Assembly: GCA_965224465.1 (NCBI GenBank)
Contig: OZ245049.1
Location: 4,380,001-4,412,000, forward strand
Direction of reading: 5' to 3'
Length of the DNA stretch: 32,000 bases
Source of the DNA: Flavobacteriaceae bacterium
GTDB lineage: Bacteria > Bacteroidota > Bacteroidia > Flavobacteriales > Flavobacteriaceae
The translations under genes were made by a program, and so were the position numbers. The notes under the pieces are model-generated. The model ran no database searches, had not been told where the DNA came from, and saw nothing but the letters and a program-made list of their open reading frames with translations. This document shows positions 25,953 to 32,000 of this stretch, one piece after another (position 1 is the first letter of the stretch; the number at the start of each line of letters is the position of its first letter).

Positions 25953-27443
25953 ATGAAAACATATAACTATATTTTATTTGTTGTTGCTGTATTATTTGTG
26001 TCGTGCAGTGATGATTATTTTGATGTAAACGGGTCGGAAACACGTCCTACAACATCTTCATTGGCTCCTCAATTTCGAATTCAGGGTGCTATTGAAAATA
26101 CGACCGCACAAGCTCAGTATCGAGGGTCTAGAGAAGTGTTGGGGATTACACAATATGGCTCTCAAAATGTAGCGAGTTACTATTCCGAATCTTGGAATAG
26201 GTACATAACTACGGGGCGCTATTTTTTATGGCAAAATGCTTATGTTTATTCCTTGCCTAATACAGCGGATCTTATTGTTTTAGGAAAACGAGATAATTCT
26301 CCGAATTTTTCTGCTGTGGGTAAGATATTAAGAGCGTATATCATGGGGATGGTCACGGATCAATACGGTGATATTGTGGTTCAAGGAACCTATGATGGTG
26401 AGAGTTCTATGAATATTACACCTAAATTCTCATCTCAAGAAGAGGTGTATAAAACTATTTTTAATTATATAGATCAAGCTGTTTTAGAATTAGATCAAGA
26501 GAGTGAAATAGCATTGAATATTGAGGATGGTGATGTATTGTACGCTGGAGATCATGAGAAATGGAAGAAATTTGCGTATGCTATAAAAGCACGGTACTTA
26601 AATCATTTGAATGCAGTTACTGCGGGTGATTTAGCCTATGATGCAGATGCTGTAATAGCGGCATGTAAATTAGCGATTGATTCGAATGAACTGACTGCGA
26701 AAAAAGTATATGGAGGTGGAGAAATGTCCAATGATATACAGCCTTTTTCTAGTGATGGTTATGGTTCTTCTCGTGTTGATTATTTTTCAGACTTTTTTGT
26801 AAACTTACTTAAAAACCCTCTTAATTTGACTGTTGCGCAATGGGATCCTCGCTTGACTGTGATTGTTCCAGAAGCTGTAAATGGTGGGTATAAAGGAGTG
26901 GTGACTGGTCGTGGATTGGATAAAACACTAAAAGATGATTATTCTTTAGGGAACGGTGGTTTCTATACAAGTCCTAATTCTGATACTGACATGATAAATT
27001 ATAGCGAAGTAAAGTTTATAGAAGCAGAAGCTAAATTTAGAAAAGGAGATTTAAGTGGTGCTTATGATGCGTTTAGAGTTGCCGTGGAAGCAGATTTTGA
27101 AAAGCTACATATTGATGCTTTACAAACCAATGCCTACTTGACGCTCTTAGATACAGAAATTGGTGCAACTAATATCTCTTTGGCGCATATTATGGTGCAA
27201 AAATACATTGTAAACGTATTCAATCCAGAAACATGGGTAGATATGAGAAGGATGGACTATAGTGATGAAATTTACCATGGATTAAAAAGACCTGAAAATG
27301 TGAATTTAGATATTTTTCCTGGTGATAATGATTGGATTAGAGCAATGGTGTATGAGTATAATGAAGAAGATAGAAATTATGAAAACATGCCAACCAACAA
27401 TCCTTATGTTCGCTTAACAACGCGTTTGTGGTGGAATAAATAA
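25953..27443 (+). CDS. SusD/RagB family nutrient-binding outer membrane lipoprotein
   Basis: 496 aa. Lipoprotein signal VAVLFVSCSDD. Starts 14 nt after the susC-like stop. Size and alpha-helical, TPR-like composition are typical of SusD-like_2-type proteins. Confidence 0.85.
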   Translation: MKTYNYILFVVAVLFVSCSDDYFDVNGSETRPTTSSLAPQFRIQGAIENTTAQAQYRGSREVLGITQYGSQNVASYYSESWNRYITTGRYFLWQNAYVYSLPNTADLIVLGKRDNSPNFSAVGKILRAYIMGMVTDQYGDIVVQGTYDGESSMNITPKFSSQEEVYKTIFNYIDQAVLELDQESEIALNIEDGDVLYAGDHEKWKKFAYAIKARYLNHLNAVTAGDLAYDADAVIAACKLAIDSNELTAKKVYGGGEMSNDIQPFSSDGYGSSRVDYFSDFFVNLLKNPLNLTVAQWDPRLTVIVPEAVNGGYKGVVTGRGLDKTLKDDYSLGNGGFYTSPNSDTDMINYSEVKFIEAEAKFRKGDLSGAYDAFRVAVEADFEKLHIDALQTNAYLTLLDTEIGATNISLAHIMVQKYIVNVFNPETWVDMRRMDYSDEIYHGLKRPENVNLDIFPGDNDWIRAMVYEYNEEDRNYENMPTNNPYVRLTTRLWWNK

Positions 27444-27475
27444 GGATACAATACAATACAATCAATAGTATAAAA

Positions 27476-27510
27476 AAAGAGTTGATAATTAAAAACTATC
27501 GACTCTTTTT
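27476..27510 (+). terminator. Rho-independent terminator of the SusC/SusD unit
   Basis: aaagagttgata (27476-27487) pairs with tatcgactcttt (27497-27508) with one G-U pair and a 9-nt loop. A T-run follows. Confidence 0.7.
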
Positions 27511-27525
27511 ATATGTGTTTTTTTA

Positions 27526-27641
27526 AGGTGTTGTATCAATTTAATTTCCAAGTGATAGTTTAGAAATGGAATTATTTTTTAACAACGCTAGAACGTAAAA
27601 CAAACTATTTATAGCTGTTTTTTTTGGTTTTAATTGGTGTT
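27526..27641 (+). repeat. Interspersed intergenic repeat, full core copy
   Basis: aaggtgttgtatcaatttaatttccaagtgatagtttagaaatggaattattttttaacaacgctagaacgtaaaacaaactatttatagctgttttttttggttttaattggtgtt. Its 3' end touches the stop codon of the convergent nuclease gene. Confidence 0.85.
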
Positions 27642-28437
27642 ATCCAAAAATAGTATTCAGGATCTTTGCCAATCGAATCCCTGCTTTTTGCAATTGATTA
27701 CGTACAGTTCCGAAATTTTTATAGGGATAATCATACCATAATTTATCACCAGACTTGGCACTGTCATATACTTTAATGGCAAGTTTTTGAGTTTCATAGG
27801 TCCAATCTAAAACAGTTCCTTCTTGGATCAATTGCACTTGTTTTTTTGTTAGCTTATCTGCATTGTTAGCTAATTCTACATAGCCCATGTTGTAATGGTC
27901 AATCATATCAGAATCCCATACGCGGTGTAAGTTGGTTCCTTTTCTAAACCATTGGACTTGTATGGTATTTCCTCCTTTGTCTTTACCGCGTCCTACGTGG
28001 AGTGGTTGGTGTAAATCACCGATTAAATGAATCAACATTTTTAAGTAAATAGCTTTGGTCTCTTTTGTTGTGTTGTTGCTTTTTATTTTTTGAATGCAGG
28101 TTTCAATTCCTACTATTAGATCACCTTTTGGGTTTTTTTTTGAGTCTTCGTATGTTGTATTGAATGGGAAATTTACATAATGCCAACTGTAAAAGCTACG
28201 GTATAAGCTGTTCTTGTCAGATTTTATCTCATCTCCAAAAGTAGATACAAAAGCCAAGCTTTTTCCATCTAGTAATTTTGAAATGTTTCGTTTGGCTCGT
28301 TTACTTAAGTATTGTTCGGCTATTTTTCCAGTAGTTCTGTGTCCTGTAGCTCCCCAATCTTCTCCCGTATTGGCAGAACCATGAAAGTGAATGCTTAAAA
28401 ACAAGAGACTTAATCCATATAATTTAAAAATGTTCAT
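27640..28437 (-). CDS. S1/P1 family nuclease (secreted)
   Basis: 265 aa. Signal peptide, then WGATGHRTTGKIAEQYL, SWHYVNFP, HLIGDLHQPLHVG, KGGN and LHRVWD, the metal-ligand blocks of S1/P1 nucleases. Confidence 0.88.
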   Translation of the reverse strand: MNIFKLYGLSLLFLSIHFHGSANTGEDWGATGHRTTGKIAEQYLSKRAKRNISKLLDGKSLAFVSTFGDEIKSDKNSLYRSFYSWHYVNFPFNTTYEDSKKNPKGDLIVGIETCIQKIKSNNTTKETKAIYLKMLIHLIGDLHQPLHVGRGKDKGGNTIQVQWFRKGTNLHRVWDSDMIDHYNMGYVELANNADKLTKKQVQLIQEGTVLDWTYETQKLAIKVYDSAKSGDKLWYDYPYKNFGTVRNQLQKAGIRLAKILNTIFG

Positions 28438-28534
28438 AAAAATAAATTTGAGGCTAAGATAAAATAAACTTCAATATAAATTTTGAAAAGTCGTAAATTT
28501 TATTATATCTTTACGATATCAAAATGATATCATT

Positions 28535-28957
28535 ATGAATCAAGAGGGTTTTAAGAAAGTACAAAGTGGGTATGTGGCGTTAGGGGTTCTAACATTACTT
28601 ATTATAGCAATAGGATATGGGACTTTTGTAGTGCATCAAGCAATTGCATTTTTAAGTGTTGCAGTTGTTTTATTGACAAAAGGTTTCTTTTTAGTGAATC
28701 CCAATACTTCTAAGGTGTTGTTGCTTTTTGGAAAATATGTAGGTACGGTAAAAGAGAATGGTTTTTTCTGGGCAAATCCTTTTTATACGAGACGAGATAT
28801 ATCTTTACGAGCGAGTAGCTTTGATAGTGAACGTGTAAAAGTAAACGACAAACTAGGGAATCCAATTATGATTAGTACCATTTTGGTTTGGCGTGTAAAT
28901 AACACATATAAAGCGGCATTTGATGTAAATAACTCACCTTACGCAATAATAATTTAG
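28535..28957 (+). pseudogene. SPFH/band-7 domain protein gene, 3'-truncated by IS insertion
   Basis: The N-terminal ~131 codons look native (TM helices, then FFLVNPNTSKVLLLFGKYVGTVKENGFFWANPFY..SLRASSFDSERVKVNDKLGNPIMISTILVWRVNNTYKAAFDV). From about 28930 the frame runs into the IS left inverted repeat and stops. Full-length homologues are roughly twice as long. Confidence 0.75.
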
Positions 28958-30103
28958 ATTTAAGGAAATAATTGTCTATATTGTTAATAACTTTGAGAAG
29001 AAAAAAGATAGATAATTTTGTTGATTTATATACCGATTATTTGATAAGTTCAAGTTCTTATACTACAGCAACAGGAATGTCTCACTTGCTTTGCATAAAA
29101 CATGATAAAATAACAAGAGCATTGTCAACAGGTGTTTACGACAGTAAATTTCTATGGAAAACGGCAAAAACTTATATTGAAGAATTGACACAATCAAAAG
29201 AAACCGTTATTTTAAGTTTTGATGATTCTATACAAGAAAAACAATATACAAAAGAAAGTGAACTTAACACTTGGCATTTTGACCACGTGTTTGGGAGGTC
29301 TGTAAAAGGAGTTAATTTTCTAACAGCTTTAATAGAAGTAGCCGGTATGCGTTTGCCTTGTGGTGTAGAGTTTATAAAGAAAGACCTTTGGGTAACCGAT
29401 AAAAAAACAGGAAAACAAAAGCGTAAAAGCAGCAAAACCAAGAATGAATTATTTAGAGATATGTTGCGAGAATGTAGTAGCAAAATACGCTTTGATTATG
29501 TTTTGGCTGATAGTTGGTTTTCATCTGTAGAAAATATGATATGCTGTAAAACAGCATTAAAAAATAATTTTATTATTGCTTTAAAAAGCAATCGAAGAGT
29601 AGCCTTATCATTAGAAGATAAGCAAAAAGGAATATACGTGAATATTAAAACATTACAGCCAGAACAGCAGACCGTGGAAGTTTGGTTTGAAAAACTAGAC
29701 TTTCCGCTGTTGCTTACAAAGCAAATTTTCAAAAACGAGAATGGTACAGTCGGCGAGTTGTATTTGGCTTGTAGTGATTTAAGTTTAGCGTATGACCAAA
29801 TAACTACAATCTACAAAAAACGGTGGGCAGTAGAAGAATATCACAAATCGATTAAAAGCAATACAGGATTTGCTAAATCTCCAACAAAAAAAATAGAAAC
29901 TCAAATGAATCATTTTGTCTTATCCATTGTAGCATATATAAAGTTGGAGTGGCTAAAACAAAGGACAGGAAAAAATCACTTTGCCATGAAAACACAAATT
30001 TATTTAGCCGCTCAAAAAGCAGCCTATAATGAACTCAAAAACTTATCAACACCCAAGGTAGCATAATCTCTTTTTTAGAGAAAATTATGCGTAACATGAG
30101 TAA
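28931..30103 (+). mobile_element. IS4-superfamily (IS701-like) insertion sequence, about 1.17 kb
   Basis: Imperfect terminal inverted repeats aactcaccttacgcaataat (28931-28950) and aattatgcgtaacatgagta (30083-30102) enclose one DDE transposase ORF. No target duplication is discernible. Confidence 0.7.
28972..30066 (+). CDS. IS4-superfamily DDE transposase
   Basis: 364 aa from a TTG start (start uncertain). Candidate DDE residues in SFDDS, LADSWF and E288. Exact Y-x2-R-x3-E-x6-K signature in YKKRWAVEEYHKSIK (Y281..K295). Confidence 0.85.
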   Translation: MSILLITLRRKKIDNFVDLYTDYLISSSSYTTATGMSHLLCIKHDKITRALSTGVYDSKFLWKTAKTYIEELTQSKETVILSFDDSIQEKQYTKESELNTWHFDHVFGRSVKGVNFLTALIEVAGMRLPCGVEFIKKDLWVTDKKTGKQKRKSSKTKNELFRDMLRECSSKIRFDYVLADSWFSSVENMICCKTALKNNFIIALKSNRRVALSLEDKQKGIYVNIKTLQPEQQTVEVWFEKLDFPLLLTKQIFKNENGTVGELYLACSDLSLAYDQITTIYKKRWAVEEYHKSIKSNTGFAKSPTKKIETQMNHFVLSIVAYIKLEWLKQRTGKNHFAMKTQIYLAAQKAAYNELKNLSTPKVA

Positions 30104-30107
30104 GTAA

Positions 30108-30147
30108 TAAAAAAAAGCTGAATGATGATTGATACCATCACTCAGCT
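30108..30147 (-). terminator. Rho-independent terminator of the 134-aa lipoprotein gene
   Basis: agctgaatgatg (30116-30127) / catcactcagct (30136-30147), 11 Watson-Crick pairs plus one mismatch, 8-nt loop. The plus-strand A-run at 30108-30115 gives a T-run after the stem on the minus strand. Confidence 0.7.
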
Positions 30148-30194
30148 TTAAGTTATAAATATTCACATTGACTATATAATATATATTATAAAAT

Positions 30195-30599
30195 TTAATA
30201 ACTGTAAAGATTAGATTTAATATTATAAGTTGTTTTTTTCCCATATATATCCACCAATTCAACAGAACTATTTGTTATACCCACGGAATTAAAAGATATC
30301 TTGATATAATTATCTACCTCATAATAATGTAACGTTTCAAAATCATCAAATGTATCATGAGAAATAGTAAATTTAGAAAAAGTTTCTGCATCTATACTCA
30401 TTTTCTCAAATGATATTATAATGCTCCATTTATCATTGGTAATATTAAAATTTTCCAATAAAGGACTATCATCATGAGAAGAGATAATACTTTCAATAGA
30501 TGATTCCATAATGTAATCTTTATCCTCCTTATTACAAGAAGTTAGAACAAGACCTGAAAAAATAACTAATCCCAAAAGTTTTAAAAATTGTGTTTTCAT
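30195..30599 (-). CDS. Hypothetical lipoprotein (no family recognised)
   Basis: 134 aa. Lipobox GLVLTSC. Very AT-rich. Has its own terminator and sits between two IS elements. I recognise no motif. Confidence 0.55.
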   Translation of the reverse strand: MKTQFLKLLGLVIFSGLVLTSCNKEDKDYIMESSIESIISSHDDSPLLENFNITNDKWSIIISFEKMSIDAETFSKFTISHDTFDDFETLHYYEVDNYIKISFNSVGITNSSVELVDIYGKKTTYNIKSNLYSY

Positions 30600-30682
30600 A
30601 GTAAAATATTTTAAAGTTTTATAAATTAAGTAATTATATATGAGAATAGTATAAAATAAAATACAAACTCTGCTAAAATAGT

Positions 30683-30692
30683 ATACGTTTAA
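30683..30692. repeat. Left copy of the 10-bp target-site duplication of the ISAs1 element
   Basis: atacgtttaa lies immediately outside the IS end cagggcaaactca and is identical to 31929-31938. Confidence 0.85.
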
Positions 30693-31928
30693 CAGGGCAA
30701 ACTCACACTTTAATGCTTAATACTTTTAACAGGTATGCTTGATTCCAGCCTGCTTTAAGTCTTTTTCCAGCAATACCTTGTTTCTCCGTTTTTTCGTTTC
30801 TCAATAGATTCAGGGCAATTTTCAATAGTATTGAATAGTTTTGAGCTGCATTTTTATTTCTTTTTCTAGAGGCATCCTCTGAGAATGCAACATCCAATGT
30901 CCAATGTAATTTATTCTCTACACCCCAATGAGAACGAATATGACTTTGATGATTTACAGCGGTATCTTTTAAGCTAGAAATGTAATATCTAGTTGCCTTT
31001 TCTGTTTGTTTATCACTGTTTTTGAACTCCCTTATACTTTCTATTTTTATAACTTGAGTCAACTTATTCCATTTATTATCTGCGTTCTTAATAAATTGAA
31101 AATCAGAAATTACGCTACATTTTCTAGTTTCAATTCTTCCATGACCAAGGTCAAAGTCTGTATCTATTTCTATGTTTTTTGAGAATTTGAATTCGTCCTT
31201 TATTTCCTCTAGTAGTTGTTTTTGATTTCCCTTTACGGCAAGTATGTAATTGGCATCATTTTTTATAATCTTATCCGCAATATCAGTTTGAGTTCCCATT
31301 GCGTCTATTGTAATTATATTGCCTTCTATACACAAAGTATCAAGTAATTCCGGGATCGCAGTTATCTCATTAGATTTTTCATTGACTCTAATTTGACCCA
31401 AAACTAAATTGTTTTGATCAGCCCATGCACTCACCATATGTACAGGTGATTTTTTTCCATTTGATTTTGCTCCTCTAAGCGCTTTTCCATCAATAGCTAT
31501 TACCTGCCCTTTTGATATAGTTGAAATAGTTGAAATAGAATTGACCCATTCTATGAAACATGTTTCAAGCTGAGAACTGTCTATCGACGAGAATACCCTG
31601 TTAATAGTGTCTTCTGATGGTATTCCATTTGGTAATTGTAGAAATTTCCTTAAAAAACCTTCTTTTGAACAAGCAAACTCAACCATTTGTTTCCATGTTT
31701 CTGCTCCACAAATGACTGAAATTATCCCAATAAGGAGGATGTCAACCAAGTTGTGCAACTTGTTTATATCGCTTCTAGGGTCTTCTATATTGCCAAAAAT
31801 ACTCATTATTTTACTGTCTGAATTCATATCGTTACCTATCTAATTATAAGTATAATATACTGATAATTAATTAGATAAGCAACTTAAATTCAATGAGATT
31901 AACTTAAAAATAGTATGAGTTTGCCCTG
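30693..31928 (-). mobile_element. ISAs1 family insertion sequence (1236 bp) with intact ends
   Basis: Terminal inverted repeat cagggcaaactca (30693-30705) / tgagtttgccctg (31916-31928) is perfect over 13 bp and extends imperfectly to about 20 bp. Flanked by a perfect 10-bp direct repeat. Confidence 0.9.
30703..31827 (-). CDS. ISAs1 family transposase
   Basis: 374 aa. FGNIEDPRSDINKLHNLVDILLIGIISVICGAETW, AIDGKALRG, ITIDAMGTQTDIA, ILAVKGNQKQL and HWGVENKLHWTLDVAFSEDASR are classic ISAs1/H-repeat transposase blocks. Confidence 0.93.
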   Translation of the reverse strand: MNSDSKIMSIFGNIEDPRSDINKLHNLVDILLIGIISVICGAETWKQMVEFACSKEGFLRKFLQLPNGIPSEDTINRVFSSIDSSQLETCFIEWVNSISTISTISKGQVIAIDGKALRGAKSNGKKSPVHMVSAWADQNNLVLGQIRVNEKSNEITAIPELLDTLCIEGNIITIDAMGTQTDIADKIIKNDANYILAVKGNQKQLLEEIKDEFKFSKNIEIDTDFDLGHGRIETRKCSVISDFQFIKNADNKWNKLTQVIKIESIREFKNSDKQTEKATRYYISSLKDTAVNHQSHIRSHWGVENKLHWTLDVAFSEDASRKRNKNAAQNYSILLKIALNLLRNEKTEKQGIAGKRLKAGWNQAYLLKVLSIKV

Positions 31929-31938
31929 ATACGTTTAA
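31929..31938. repeat. Right copy of the 10-bp target-site duplication of the ISAs1 element
   Basis: atacgtttaa, identical to 30683-30692. Confidence 0.85.
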
Positions 31939-32000
31939 TCTCAATAGTGTAATTACGAACAACAAATATACAGTAATAACTGTACCTAAACAAAAAAAAA

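Noticed and set aside
25953-28437. Idea that the S1/P1 nuclease belongs with SusC/SusD as a nucleic-acid utilisation locus.
   Set aside because: The nuclease gene is convergent to SusD. It is separated from it by a terminator and a repeat copy, so it is a separate transcription unit. Adjacency alone is insufficient.
28515-28531. GATATC-N5-GATATC immediately upstream of the SPFH start codon, with the nearby cgtaaa/tttacg hairpin at 28491-28514.
   Set aside because: Very short self-complementary hexamers in AT-rich leader DNA, with no supporting context.
1-32000. Whether the recurring ~110-nt element could be a CRISPR array or a tRNA/rRNA-derived sequence.
   Set aside because: Copies are kilobases apart, occur in both orientations, vary in length and are separated by genes rather than short unique spacers. 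I found no cloverleaf-type features (no GTTCRA T-loop context) and no rRNA-like segments anywhere in the window.
1-32000. Search for a recognisable defence, toxin-antitoxin, retron/DGR, secretion-system or biosynthetic operon as the novel system.
   Set aside because: I could see no helicase, nuclease-ATPase, reverse transcriptase, methyltransferase, Cas, toxin-like or biosynthetic gene signatures. All long ORFs have ordinary family assignments apart from the 134-aa lipoprotein and the 220-aa sigma partner.

Overview
Low-GC chromosomal segment that looks like a Flavobacteriia (Bacteroidota) genome. The evidence is a SusC/SusD pair, a protein with a T9SS C-terminal sorting domain, S46 dipeptidyl-peptidases, a PadR-PspC pair and TAnnTTTG-type promoter boxes. 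Positions 1-17.5 kb are mostly housekeeping or envelope genes: DUF4870-PadR-PspC operon, DUF4442, an ECF sigma factor with a membrane partner, DUF4369 lipoprotein, DUF819 permease-like protein, two tandem S46 peptidases, fabH, an iodotyrosine-deiodinase-like nitroreductase, htpG and a bestrophin-like channel. Positions 17.6-32 kb are more accessory: an IS30-family element, a 1093-aa T9SS-secreted M9 collagenase (PKD + GEVED domains), a SusC/SusD pair, an S1/P1 nuclease, an SPFH gene truncated by an IS4-superfamily element, an orphan lipoprotein gene and an ISAs1-family element with a perfect 10-bp target duplication. I found no rRNA, tRNA or CRISPR array, and no recognisable defence, toxin or secretion operon. 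The signal least explained by gene annotation is a dense, mosaic family of interspersed intergenic repeats. Its core is about 110 nt, with longer forms of about 190 nt. It has at least 7 clear and 2-3 degenerate copies and sits in nearly every sizeable intergenic gap, usually at gene 3' ends. Other points worth follow-up are the collagenase / SusCD / DPP protein-scavenging gene set, the Ser/Arg specificity residues of the two S46 paralogues, and the IYD-like dehalogenase. All calls rest on reading the sequence and recalling family motifs; no searches were run.
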